The notes: generated from the letters alone by a model not told the origin. A stretch of DNA of 63,288 nucleotides from a virus (IMGVR_UViG_3300027833_001748:1-63288); one strand, 5' to 3'; shown: positions 40,894-51,330, counted from the first letter of the stretch. Numbers and translations: made by a program.

Positions 40894-42217
40894 TTTACAG
40901 CTATTAGTTGAAAAGTTTGCACCAACTACGCAACCTAATGAATCCTTTGTATATTACAATAAAGAAGATGGCAAGATACATAAGATAAGCGGAATAAACC
41001 GTTTTGATGAAAAATATTTAATTTTCCCAGTTGCTACAGATGAAGTAATGCCAATATTGTCCGGACAAAAGAAAACTGATGACTTTGTTATACGTTATGA
41101 TATAAGTTCTAAACAGGTTGTTCTAAAAGAAGTTCAATACGAAGATGAATTTAGTACAGCATCAACAATGACATACCAGTTACCGGTAATTAAGAATGCC
41201 CAAGAAGGTCATTATTCATTACACGAAGTTTATCAAGGTATCAATGTATATCTTTGGTCTAACGATACTAGATATCTTAAAGGTGAATGTATATGGCATA
41301 ATGATAATGTATACAAACTACAATCCGATGTTGATAAAAACTTTAATGTACTTGATCATAAATTGTTAGCAGAAAATGTATTAATAACAAATATTCCAAC
41401 ACAAGACCATAGCACAAATGGAATTAGATTTGAACCTGAATATGTTGGAGTACATATTGACATTTGGTATAAAGAATTAAAACATGTAAAAGGACAACAC
41501 GTTTTTATAAAAAACAATGTATATAAATTTATAAAAAATGTTAAATTAGATACTGAATTTAATATGAAAAATGTAGAATTAATTGTTAGTAACGTAAAAC
41601 TATTCCAAGACAAAAACAAGAGCTTAACTACAGATGACAATCTACATTACGGTGATGTAATATTAAAAAATAATAGTTTATATAGTGTTGTAAAAACTGA
41701 ACAACAATATAAAAAAGATAAAAAGAGTATATTCTTTTACTATAATAATGATACAGTATTATTTTATCAAGATGAAGACAATGTAATTGTTGTAGATACA
41801 TTAACTAACAATACTAAAGAAAATATTGATTCATTCTCAGTAGTAGACAGCAGTAATTTATCAAATGGACAAATAATACTTTGTGGTAATCGTTTGTATC
41901 AACTACAGACATCTAAAGATTATGATATTATTGTTAAACAAAATACTATTAATAGAACATGGTGTATGAATCTTAATCCGTATACTAAAAAATTCTTAAA
42001 GTCTAGCGGGCAATTAGCCAACGAAAAATTATACTTTAGTGTTACTTCAAAATATGATCCTAATATTCTTTACAGAAGTTTAGAATTTACAATAGGTGAT
42101 TTATTAGATGAAACTTCATCTATAATTCCGTTCATATATGAGTCAGAAAACAGTGTTGATGATGTAAGTATATACACAGCAAAGTATTTTGATAGTTACG
42201 CACATGAGGTTATTTAA
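40886..42217 (+). CDS. Hypothetical protein with CBM5/12-like internal repeats
   Basis: WSNDTRYLKGECIWHNDNVY and WYKELKHVKGQHVFIKNNVY 70 aa apart, plus two degenerate copies. Confidence 0.7.
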   Translation: MSNLQLLVEKFAPTTQPNESFVYYNKEDGKIHKISGINRFDEKYLIFPVATDEVMPILSGQKKTDDFVIRYDISSKQVVLKEVQYEDEFSTASTMTYQLPVIKNAQEGHYSLHEVYQGINVYLWSNDTRYLKGECIWHNDNVYKLQSDVDKNFNVLDHKLLAENVLITNIPTQDHSTNGIRFEPEYVGVHIDIWYKELKHVKGQHVFIKNNVYKFIKNVKLDTEFNMKNVELIVSNVKLFQDKNKSLTTDDNLHYGDVILKNNSLYSVVKTEQQYKKDKKSIFFYYNNDTVLFYQDEDNVIVVDTLTNNTKENIDSFSVVDSSNLSNGQIILCGNRLYQLQTSKDYDIIVKQNTINRTWCMNLNPYTKKFLKSSGQLANEKLYFSVTSKYDPNILYRSLEFTIGDLLDETSSIIPFIYESENSVDDVSIYTAKYFDSYAHEVI

Positions 42218-43149
42218 TGGCAAAGTTTAAACCTATAGATTACGATATAATCTATTTGTCCTATGACGAACCGAACGCAGAAAAAAATTACGCAGACTTA
42301 TGTAAAATAGTTCCCTGGGCAAAACGTGTCCACGGTGTAGACGGAAGTGATGCTGCACATAAAGCCTGTGCAGAATTAAGTGAAACTGACCGGTTTATTA
42401 CTGTAGATGGTGACAACCGCATACGAGAAGATTTTCTTAACCAAGAAATTGATTTTGATGAACACGCAGATTTGCAAAGCACAGTGATTAGCTGGTGCGG
42501 ACGTAATGAAATAAACGGACTAATGTATGGCAACGGCGGACTTAAATGTTGGCCCAAACAGTATGTTCTAAACATGCGTACACATGAAAATGCAGATCCT
42601 AATAATGCACATGCACAAGTAGACTTTTGCTGGGACGCAAAATATATTCAAATGAACAGTTGCTATTCAGATGTGTATAATAATGAAACTGCTGGTCAAG
42701 CATGGAGAGCAGGCTTTAGAGAAGGTGTAAAACTTGCTACTGATCGCGGAGTAAGGATTGAAAAAGAAGAATTTAAAAACAATCATTGGCGCTGCTTACA
42801 TTGGTTGTATATTTGGAGCATGGTAGGTGCAGATGTTGAAAATGGTCTGTGGGCAATCTATGGCGCACGAGAAGGACTGTATAAAACAATGTGTACAGAT
42901 TGGGATTATGTACAAGTTAGAGACTTTAAATACCTAAACAGTCTTTGGGAAGAAGTTGAACCAAGGGTATCAATGGAAGGACTACAAGACTCTATTGAAG
43001 ACTTAGGCAACAAAATTCTAACTGAATTAGATATACCTATCTCAGCAAAACCGTTAGATGCGCAACAAAGCAAGTTTTTTAAAGCAGTATATCAACACCC
43101 TTCAAGAACTGATCATCAACAGTTTATAGAAGAATTAAAGGACGTATAA
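42217..43149 (+). CDS. Glycosyltransferase-like protein, paralog B1
   Basis: YDIIYLSYDEP.A..NY...RVHGV.G...AHKA.A...VDGDN (DxD)...NGLMYGNGGLK...AWRAGFRE. Confidence 0.6.
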   Translation: MAKFKPIDYDIIYLSYDEPNAEKNYADLCKIVPWAKRVHGVDGSDAAHKACAELSETDRFITVDGDNRIREDFLNQEIDFDEHADLQSTVISWCGRNEINGLMYGNGGLKCWPKQYVLNMRTHENADPNNAHAQVDFCWDAKYIQMNSCYSDVYNNETAGQAWRAGFREGVKLATDRGVRIEKEEFKNNHWRCLHWLYIWSMVGADVENGLWAIYGAREGLYKTMCTDWDYVQVRDFKYLNSLWEEVEPRVSMEGLQDSIEDLGNKILTELDIPISAKPLDAQQSKFFKAVYQHPSRTDHQQFIEELKDV

Positions 43150-44534
43150 TGGATATTATTAAATTTAAAGAGGAAGTAATGGAACCAGTTAGTTGTACTT
43201 TTTGTACTGCTAAATGGAAGCAAGTTACTTTGCATTTACAAACAGGCCATACTCACAGTTGCCATCATCCAACTTCGCATAAAATTCCACTTGAAGAATT
43301 AAAAGATAATCCAAGCGCATTACATAACACTAAGTTTAAAAAAGAACAACGTAAACTTATGCTTGAAGGCAAGCGTCCTGAAGAATGTGATTACTGTTGG
43401 AGAGTTGAAGATAGTGGAAGTAATGTACTAAGTGATAGAACATATAAATCTTTTGAGCCTTGGGCCCGACCTTATGTAGATGAAATTGTATCAAAGCCAT
43501 GGGACGACAATGTTAACCCAAGTTATTTAGAAGTTAGTTTTAGCAGTGTGTGTAATTTTAAATGTAGTTATTGTTCACCGCAAGTAAGTTCTAAATGGAT
43601 GGAAGAAATTAAAGAACACGGCCCGTATAAAACATCACAATCATTTAATGACTTACAACATTTAATTGCTACTGATGCAATGCCTATACCAAATAAAGAA
43701 CATAATCCTTATGTAGAAGCGTTTTGGAAATGGTGGCCTGATGTAAGTAAAGATCTAAAACATTTTAGAATAACAGGCGGCGAACCATTATTAACTAAAG
43801 ATACATTTAAAGTACTTGATGACTTAATTGAAAACCCAAAACCTAATCTTGAGTTTTCTGTTAACAGTAACATGTGTGTACCTGATGCAGTATTTGAAAA
43901 ATTTATTAGTAAAATGAAGATTATTGGCTCTCAAGGAAAAGTTAAAAAACTTAAAATATTTACAAGTGCTGAAGCATACGGTTCACAGGCAGAATATATA
44001 CGCCACGGTTTAGACTACGACATGTGGATATCTAATATACGCAGAGTATTACAAGAAGTGCCTAACTGTACATTTACATGTATGAGTACGTATAATGTAC
44101 TAAGCATATTTTCGTTTGATAAAATGTTAAAGGATTTATTAGATCTTAAATTAGAATTTGGTGGTGCAGGCAGACAAATTCCTATAATACTTGATACACC
44201 ATATTTAAGATACCCGCCACATCAAGCAATGTTTATTGCAAACCCTGAGTGGAAAGAAAAATATTTAAAACCGCAATTAGATTTCATGCTTAATAATTTA
44301 GAAGACATGCATGTACGTGGTAAAGAAAATATGGGTTTCTTTAAATGGGAAGCTGATAAGTTTCAGCGGTTGTATGATATTATTGACCAAGAACAGCAAG
44401 ATGAATGGACTGTAACAAACAATAGAAAGGACTTTATTACTTTTGTTAACGAACATGATAAGCGCAGAGGAACAGACTTTTTAAAGACTTTCCCTGAAAT
44501 GGAAAAAGAATATCATCAATGGTCAAATCTTTGA
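43149..44534 (+). CDS. Radical SAM enzyme 1, N-terminal twitch-type Fe-S domain
   Basis: CNFKCSYC, TGGEP; N-terminal FC..KW...SCHH...ECDYCW. Confidence 0.92.
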   Translation: MDIIKFKEEVMEPVSCTFCTAKWKQVTLHLQTGHTHSCHHPTSHKIPLEELKDNPSALHNTKFKKEQRKLMLEGKRPEECDYCWRVEDSGSNVLSDRTYKSFEPWARPYVDEIVSKPWDDNVNPSYLEVSFSSVCNFKCSYCSPQVSSKWMEEIKEHGPYKTSQSFNDLQHLIATDAMPIPNKEHNPYVEAFWKWWPDVSKDLKHFRITGGEPLLTKDTFKVLDDLIENPKPNLEFSVNSNMCVPDAVFEKFISKMKIIGSQGKVKKLKIFTSAEAYGSQAEYIRHGLDYDMWISNIRRVLQEVPNCTFTCMSTYNVLSIFSFDKMLKDLLDLKLEFGGAGRQIPIILDTPYLRYPPHQAMFIANPEWKEKYLKPQLDFMLNNLEDMHVRGKENMGFFKWEADKFQRLYDIIDQEQQDEWTVTNNRKDFITFVNEHDKRRGTDFLKTFPEMEKEYHQWSNL

Positions 44535-45502
44535 ATACAGAATTAACTGATCGAGAATTAAAAGCTGCTCGAAAAGCAGCTAAACGTGAGCGCAAAGAAA
44601 GAAACAGGCGCAACAGCGTAAAACCTGTACGAGAGTTAAAATCCTATAGTAACAAAAAGAAAAAACTTGCATTTTGTTTTAGTGGCCAACTTAGAACTTG
44701 GAATAGCAGCATAGGCACATGGCAAATATTATTTGATGAATTAAAAGAAAAACATAACGTATCTGTCATTGATGTGTTTTGTCATATCTGGGATCATAAT
44801 ACTGTACAACAAGGAATAAAGCATGCCACAGAATCTGAAGTTATTACTACATCAGTTCCAGATGATGAAATAACTAGATATATTGAACAACTTAAACCTG
44901 TATCTTATAAAATTGACGACATTATTGCATCTAAAAAAGCTATGAAAGACACTCAGTTCCAAACAGTAATTGATTCTAATGCTGTTTCTAGAGGCAAATA
45001 TAATGCATGGCTGTCTCCACAATTTTATTCAGTTATGTATGCAGCACATTTAAAAAGAAGATATGAAATAGAAAATGATTTTCATTATGATGCATGTGTG
45101 CGTATGAGAAATGATTTATTTTTAAATGATAGATTTAGAGAATGCTTACCTATTGAAACATTTTTAAATCCAGAGTTTAACACAATGTATTCTTGTCATT
45201 CTGGAATAGATGAATCTGTATGGTTTAGAAAAAGATTAGGCGATGTATTTTGGTATGCTGATAGTCCGACATTTGATAAACTATCAAATTTTTATCATTG
45301 GTTTCCAAACATGCCATTAGAAATGACGATATCACACGATGCGCCTCCAGAGCATTTACTTTACTATTATACAAGAATGTGTAATATATCAATAGATCCA
45401 AATATTGTACATTATGTTTCTGTATGCAGAGATGCTGATTATGCTAAAAAGAAGGAAGCTGCCGGCCTCGGTCCATTGGGGGAGCATGAAGTACAATGTT
45501 AA
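44519..45502 (+). CDS. Glycosyltransferase-like protein, paralog C1, with basic N-terminal extension
   Basis: AFCFSGQLR...VFCHIWD...QFYS...YDACVRMRND...PEHLL. Confidence 0.55.
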   Translation: MVKSLNTELTDRELKAARKAAKRERKERNRRNSVKPVRELKSYSNKKKKLAFCFSGQLRTWNSSIGTWQILFDELKEKHNVSVIDVFCHIWDHNTVQQGIKHATESEVITTSVPDDEITRYIEQLKPVSYKIDDIIASKKAMKDTQFQTVIDSNAVSRGKYNAWLSPQFYSVMYAAHLKRRYEIENDFHYDACVRMRNDLFLNDRFRECLPIETFLNPEFNTMYSCHSGIDESVWFRKRLGDVFWYADSPTFDKLSNFYHWFPNMPLEMTISHDAPPEHLLYYYTRMCNISIDPNIVHYVSVCRDADYAKKKEAAGLGPLGEHEVQC

Positions 45503-46284
45503 GCAAAAGAGTTGCAGTTTGTTTTAGCGGACAAATACGAGATTGGCACACTGCTACAAAAAATATTTTACACTATTTTTCGACAGATCATATAGCTAAT
45601 GTAACAGTAGATTTTTTCATACACACATGGGATATAAACACGTGGCGAAAACCAAAACAACACCACCATGTATTTAAAAATAAACCTCATAAAGATTTAA
45701 AAAAAATAGTAGAAGCATACAATCCTAAAAAATATCATATGTCTTCTTATGATGAAACACGTTGGCCAAATAGCGAACCTTGGGATCCATTATTTTATAG
45801 TTTTGAATATAGTGTATTATTAAAACAACAATACGAATTAGAAAATAATTTTACATACGATGTTGTTGTAAAGGCTCGTCCTGATACAGTATACGAACCG
45901 CAGCAACGGTTTCCGTTTGAACATAGAATGCCCGCAGGAACTTGTTATACAACAACTACTGTTTCTAAATTTCCTAGAGAATTTAATAAACATTGTTTTG
46001 ATGATGTTATGTTTTTTGGTGATAGTAAAACAATGGATGTTATGGCAGGATTGTACAAGTACTATGCAGTAAAAAGAAAAAACAACAAAGACGCAATGCA
46101 GCAGTATGAATATCATTTAGGCCCTGGAACATTATTATACGAATATGCAGTAAAAAACAATATTCATCCAGGTAGCTGGCCTACTAGCTATGCTGTTATA
46201 CGGAGTACTATGCGAGATCATGAGCTTGACTCGATAGACGATTATGAAAAAATAAAAAGACTTTGGCAGGAGTGGTATATATAA
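45496..46284 (+). CDS. Glycosyltransferase-like protein, paralog C2
   Basis: AVCFSGQIR...FFIHTWD...LFYS...YDVVVKARPD...DDVMFFG. Confidence 0.55.
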   Translation: MLSKRVAVCFSGQIRDWHTATKNILHYFSTDHIANVTVDFFIHTWDINTWRKPKQHHHVFKNKPHKDLKKIVEAYNPKKYHMSSYDETRWPNSEPWDPLFYSFEYSVLLKQQYELENNFTYDVVVKARPDTVYEPQQRFPFEHRMPAGTCYTTTTVSKFPREFNKHCFDDVMFFGDSKTMDVMAGLYKYYAVKRKNNKDAMQQYEYHLGPGTLLYEYAVKNNIHPGSWPTSYAVIRSTMRDHELDSIDDYEKIKRLWQEWYI

Positions 46285-47144
46285 TGAAATTAATTTTTGA
46301 TGGTGACAGTTGGGCGTTTGGATCTGAAATTGCAGATCCTAAATTAGCTGCACAGTACGATAAACACGCACATCCTGGTGTTTATGATTTTTTACCTGTA
46401 AATGACCGTTATAGAGTTCCTAAAATCTATCCACACAAAATGGCAAATTTATTAGGTTGTGATTACGTCAATCTGGGTTGGCCAGCTGATGATAATAAAA
46501 CTATAATAGAGCGAACAATGACATATATTACTTCGGAATATATAAGTCAAAATAAATCAACTGATGAACTATTTGTAATTATAGGATGGACAAGTCCTGA
46601 AAGAAATAGCTTTTGGTGGAAAAATGGAGACTTTTCTAACAAGTTTAGATTATGGCCACAGGTTCAGCACTTTGATGACAAGAAGCAGAAAAAATTATGG
46701 GACATGTATGTTCAGTATATGTGGCACCCAGAAGAATATATACCTCGGCATGTATCAACAGTGGTGCAGTTCCAAAATTTTTGTAATGCCCATAATATTA
46801 AATGGTTATCATATAATGCGTTTTACCAAACGCCGCATCAAGGACCCGACGGCTGGAAAGATCTTGATATGTTATCAGAAGTAAAAAGTGCTGATAAAAA
46901 TTTAGGCATTTATGATTATTGTAAAAATGGTACAAGAAGACAAAAACAAATACAATTTGAGACCTTATGGGAAACAGTTGATCCAGTAAGATTTTATAAA
47001 AAAGATCAACCTATTAGTACGTTCAAGAGTTTTATTACAGAAACTATAGATGATCCGTGGGTAGGATGGCATCCTAATCCAGAAGCACATGAAGCATGGG
47101 CATTAGAATTAACAAGATATATTAAGAAGAATAAGTTGATATGA
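46284..47144 (+). CDS. SGNH/GDSL hydrolase-like protein 1
   Basis: FDGDSWAFG, NLG...N, C-terminal HPNPEAH. Start moved to ATG 46284 (TAATG coupling). Confidence 0.65.
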   Translation: MKLIFDGDSWAFGSEIADPKLAAQYDKHAHPGVYDFLPVNDRYRVPKIYPHKMANLLGCDYVNLGWPADDNKTIIERTMTYITSEYISQNKSTDELFVIIGWTSPERNSFWWKNGDFSNKFRLWPQVQHFDDKKQKKLWDMYVQYMWHPEEYIPRHVSTVVQFQNFCNAHNIKWLSYNAFYQTPHQGPDGWKDLDMLSEVKSADKNLGIYDYCKNGTRRQKQIQFETLWETVDPVRFYKKDQPISTFKSFITETIDDPWVGWHPNPEAHEAWALELTRYIKKNKLI

Positions 47145-47968
47145 AAAAATTAGTAGTATGTGGCGACAGTTTTGCAAAAGGAATAGGTTGCCGAAACCTT
47201 GAAACCGAACCATACGGAAGTTTGGTAGCTAAAAGCCTAGGATTAGAACTTGTAAATATTGCCAAAGGATCTAGTACAAATTATAGTATATTTGCACAAG
47301 TATTGTATGCAATAGAGAATATTGATGATATTGATATGATATTAGTTACTAGTACTAGTTATGATAGAGTAGAATGGTTTAAACACAATGAAAATCCAAC
47401 TAACCATCAAAAGGAATACCTTACTAATTATGATATAAATTATCACGAGTATCCGCCATATATGCCAACTAGTTATACTGAAAAAATAGAAGGTGAACAA
47501 CACATAATGTCTGAAGACCTGTATAACGGAAATGTTTTTACAGAAAACTTATTAGGCATAATTGATTACTTTGATAACGTAGTTGATAAAGGTATAGACA
47601 CTCCGGATGGATATTATAAAAGATTTAATGATGAGCCTAAACGTAGGACTAGAATATTATATGACTACGCTCAACAGATACACGATCCTCGTATAAACAA
47701 AATGCATAGTTTAGGAGCAATGGCAATGTGTCATATAGCTTTAAAAAATGCAAACATAAAACATCTAATTGGAACTGATCCTATAGATAGTTGTAAAAAC
47801 TTTGTATTCATTAACGATAATAACCACATAGATCTTAGTTGGGCAGGTCTTGCACTTAAATACCCTGACGATCTTCCTAGTATGCATACTAGCGCAAAAG
47901 GTCATAGAGTTGCAGCAAAAACTGCACTTAGAAGAATATATGAACTAGATAAAAAGAATGGGTGGTAA
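47141..47968 (+). CDS. SGNH/GDSL hydrolase-like protein 2
   Basis: VCGDSFAKG, NIAKGSSTN, HTSAKGH. Confidence 0.65.
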   Translation: MKKLVVCGDSFAKGIGCRNLETEPYGSLVAKSLGLELVNIAKGSSTNYSIFAQVLYAIENIDDIDMILVTSTSYDRVEWFKHNENPTNHQKEYLTNYDINYHEYPPYMPTSYTEKIEGEQHIMSEDLYNGNVFTENLLGIIDYFDNVVDKGIDTPDGYYKRFNDEPKRRTRILYDYAQQIHDPRINKMHSLGAMAMCHIALKNANIKHLIGTDPIDSCKNFVFINDNNHIDLSWAGLALKYPDDLPSMHTSAKGHRVAAKTALRRIYELDKKNGW

Positions 47969-47971
47969 TTG

Positions 47972-48652
47972 ATGTCAAAGCTAATAGTTGCAGGATGTTC
48001 GGTTAGTGACTATACTGAAGTCGATCGCGTCTGGGGAGATTATCTAGCTGAACATTTAGGACTTGAATATAAACATCTAGCTGCTGCTTGCGGATCAAAC
48101 GACAGGTCATTTCGATTGCTAACAAACGATATACGTAATAATGTTATTAAATCAGATGACATTGTAATAGTACAATACACTACAACAGAACGGACTGAAT
48201 TTTGGTCAAGTATTCCGCCATTAGAAGCTGATCATTCTGAGATAGATTTTAGAGATCCTTACGACGGCGGCAGCATAATTAAATTTAAGATTAGATCACA
48301 TGAAACATTTAAAGGCACCGATGCTAAATTTACAAAACTGTACGAACGATTTATTAATCAAAATTTTGAATTAGACAAATTTATTAATAATCATATTTCT
48401 TTTCAATGTTTAGCAAAGGAATATAACATACATAATTTATACTTTGTAAAAGTAGGAATATATGGATGGGACGAAACAGCACACGGTAATATGCCGTCAA
48501 TACCTAAATATAAAGATAATTTTTTAAATTATAGAGATTTACTAGAAGAACGAAAATGGCGTTTATCAAGAGACAATCTTCATCTAAATGACAAAGGTCA
48601 TAAAGAGTTAGCAAGTAGAGTCTTTGATAGATTAAAACTAAACAAAGGATAA
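47972..48652 (+). CDS. SGNH/GDSL hydrolase-like protein 3
   Basis: VAGCSVSD, ACGSN, DNLHLNDKGH (DxxH). ATG 47972 chosen; TTG 47969 also possible. Confidence 0.65.
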   Translation: MSKLIVAGCSVSDYTEVDRVWGDYLAEHLGLEYKHLAAACGSNDRSFRLLTNDIRNNVIKSDDIVIVQYTTTERTEFWSSIPPLEADHSEIDFRDPYDGGSIIKFKIRSHETFKGTDAKFTKLYERFINQNFELDKFINNHISFQCLAKEYNIHNLYFVKVGIYGWDETAHGNMPSIPKYKDNFLNYRDLLEERKWRLSRDNLHLNDKGHKELASRVFDRLKLNKG

Positions 48653-48658
48653 GTTAAA

Positions 48659-49099
48659 ATGGAAATTAAAAAAGTTACAAAACATTGGGGACAAGAGCTT
48701 TGGATAGCAGATGGTTCGCATACTCCTTATGCATGTAAGCGTATTTTATTTAAAGCAGGCAATAGAACAAGTTTACAAGTTCATGAATACAAAATTGAAA
48801 CCAACTATGTATTATCAGGTACAGGTATACTATTGCGTAGTAAAGAACCATTAGATATTGCAGAGTTCCTTAAAAATGGAATGACGCCAGATGAAGTTCT
48901 TGAATACGAATCTACTTTTGAACGTATTGAATTAAAAGAAGATGTAGTATTTCATATTACTCCAGGGTGGGTACACCGAGTTATAGCAACTACTGATTTA
49001 ACATTTATGGAAACAAGTACAACCGAGTTAGATGATGTAATTCGTTTACAAGATGACACAGGGCGTACACATGGACGCATTAACTACGAACATGAGTAA
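48659..49099 (+). CDS. Cupin, mannose-6-phosphate isomerase type II-like
   Basis: KHWGQE, TSLQVHEYKIETNYVLSG, PGWVHR, DDVIRLQDDTGR. Confidence 0.85.
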   Translation: MEIKKVTKHWGQELWIADGSHTPYACKRILFKAGNRTSLQVHEYKIETNYVLSGTGILLRSKEPLDIAEFLKNGMTPDEVLEYESTFERIELKEDVVFHITPGWVHRVIATTDLTFMETSTTELDDVIRLQDDTGRTHGRINYEHE

Positions 49100-50636
49100 T
49101 CATACAGTTATATTACCTACAGCTGGCACCGGCACCCGTATGGGAGATTATACTAAGCATCTAAACAAAGGTTTGTTACCGTATAAAGAAAAACCGGCCA
49201 TTGCACATATTATAGATCAATTTCCTGTAGACACACATTTTATTATGCCAGTGGGCTACTTGGCAAATCAAATTAAAGATTTTTGTGCTGTTACGTATAA
49301 CAACAGGAATATTACATTTGTAGAAGTTGACTGGCAAAGCGATATAGCTGGCACCGGATATACCTTGCTACAATGTAGAGATTATATTACTGGACCGTTT
49401 TGGTATATTCCGTGTGATACGTTTTTTGATGAACCTGTAGTTACTGATACACCCAAACACGATTGTTATTATGTAAAAGACATTCCACAAAAAGATAGTC
49501 ATCTATATACTATGTTTGGCACAAACGGTAGTATAATACAAGAAATTACATTTAAAAAAGAAGCACCAAGTGATTGGAAAGCATTTACAGGACTAATGTA
49601 TATTAATGAATGGAATAATTTCTTTGACAGATTAAGTAAATTAAATGACAATGAGTTTATACAAGTAATACAATCAGGAAATAGATATAAAGAATTAGAT
49701 AGTTGGATAGATTTTGGTAATCCTATAAGTTATAAAACAGCAGTATCAAAAAGTCAAAAATTTGATTTTAGTAAGAACGACGAAGTAACATATATCTGTA
49801 ATGACCGTGTAGTAAAATGGTGGTTAGATAAATCAGTACCGCAAAAGAAGATGCGTAAAACACAAATTAATCCTAAAGTATTTCCTGCTAATTGTTTAGT
49901 TAGAGGAAACTTTATGGCATATGATTTCTTTCTAGGAGAAACTTTATATAAATTTAATGATCCAGTAATGTTTAAAGATCTATTAGCATGGCTTGATAAG
50001 AATGTATGGAATATTGCAGATTACGATTTAGATGAAGCAGCAATGTTATTCTACAAAGATAAAACACTTGGCCGTATTAATTTATTTTTAGACAAGTATC
50101 CTGCACTACAAAACATTACTCATGTAAACGGAACAAAAATAAAACCTTACTCAGAATATTTAGAAAATATTAATTGGGAAAATATTGCATCTAATAATTT
50201 GTCAGGATTTGTACACGGAGACTTACAGTTTGACAATATTATTATAAATTCAACTGGTGACTTTTTACTTATTGATTGGCGACATGAATTTGCCAATGTA
50301 GTTGATTACGGTGATATATATTATGATCTAGCAAAAATGGCGGGCGGCTTCATAATAAACTATGCAAATATTAAACAACATAATTTTGACATTGAAATCC
50401 AAGGAACTGAAGTCACGCTCAGTGTGCCTAACATAGATAGTATAGACACTTATCAAACTATACTAAAAGAATTTGTAATTTCAAAAGGCTGGGACTATAA
50501 AAAAGTTCAACAATTAATACCTATCATATTTTGGAATATGAGTCCTCTACACACTGCTCCGTTTGATATATTTTTATGGTACCTTGGAATGAAACTATTT
50601 CAGGAGGCAGAAGATGAGTCTACAAAAGTACATTAG
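49092..50636 (+). CDS. Nucleotidyltransferase fused to an APH/choline-kinase-like phosphotransferase
   Basis: N-terminal PTAGTGTRM...NKGLLP; C-terminal HGDLQFDNI, LIDWR, GDIYYDLAK. Start moved to ATG 49092 (8-nt overlap). Confidence 0.85.
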   Translation: MSNHTVILPTAGTGTRMGDYTKHLNKGLLPYKEKPAIAHIIDQFPVDTHFIMPVGYLANQIKDFCAVTYNNRNITFVEVDWQSDIAGTGYTLLQCRDYITGPFWYIPCDTFFDEPVVTDTPKHDCYYVKDIPQKDSHLYTMFGTNGSIIQEITFKKEAPSDWKAFTGLMYINEWNNFFDRLSKLNDNEFIQVIQSGNRYKELDSWIDFGNPISYKTAVSKSQKFDFSKNDEVTYICNDRVVKWWLDKSVPQKKMRKTQINPKVFPANCLVRGNFMAYDFFLGETLYKFNDPVMFKDLLAWLDKNVWNIADYDLDEAAMLFYKDKTLGRINLFLDKYPALQNITHVNGTKIKPYSEYLENINWENIASNNLSGFVHGDLQFDNIIINSTGDFLLIDWRHEFANVVDYGDIYYDLAKMAGGFIINYANIKQHNFDIEIQGTEVTLSVPNIDSIDTYQTILKEFVISKGWDYKKVQQLIPIIFWNMSPLHTAPFDIFLWYLGMKLFQEAEDESTKVH

Positions 50637-51330
50637 TGTAAGTAAGTATCCTGGCAAAACAGGAGAACACTACTACACAAACTTTTTTAGACATTATGAT
50701 CTAAATGCAACTTATACTGCGATGGGTACTGACAACTTAAAAAGCATTGTATCTTGGGCATTAGATAATAATATTTGTGGAATAAGTGTAAGTATGCCGT
50801 ATAAGGCAGAAATAATATCATTACTTGATAATGCATCATCTGAATGTATTGATTACAATACTTGTAACACTGTTAAAATTATTGACGGAAAACTTTTTGG
50901 ATATAATTGCGACTTTTACGGCATGGTAGAAGTTACTAAAAATATAAACAAATCTGACACTATTACTATTTTAGGTAATGGAGCAATGGGTAGTATGTTT
51001 GCAAAATATCTAAGTAATTATAATGTTACAGTTTGTGCAAGGAACAACGGAACATGGAAGAATCGACATAATAATGCTGATGTTATAATAAATTGTACAG
51101 GATTAGGAACTAGCACACCTTCTAGTCCGTTTGATGAAATACCAAAGCAATGCAAACGTGTAATTGATCTAGCAGTAGCAGAAAACCAGCTTCAACAACA
51201 ATGTAGTATATCAGGGATTAAATACAATAGTGGTAAAGAATTTTATAAGAATCAGTTTCTTAACCAATTCAAAATATATACCGGAATAGAATCCAAAGGA
51301 TTAATATATGATCGATATGAAAAAATTTAA
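50614..51330 (+). CDS. Shikimate dehydrogenase-family oxidoreductase (SdhL-like)
   Basis: GISVSMPYK, CNTV, GYNCD, ILGNGAMG, IINCT, QFKIYTG; lacks the AroE SxSP.MH motif. Confidence 0.8.
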   Translation: MSLQKYISVSKYPGKTGEHYYTNFFRHYDLNATYTAMGTDNLKSIVSWALDNNICGISVSMPYKAEIISLLDNASSECIDYNTCNTVKIIDGKLFGYNCDFYGMVEVTKNINKSDTITILGNGAMGSMFAKYLSNYNVTVCARNNGTWKNRHNNADVIINCTGLGTSTPSSPFDEIPKQCKRVIDLAVAENQLQQQCSISGIKYNSGKEFYKNQFLNQFKIYTGIESKGLIYDRYEKI

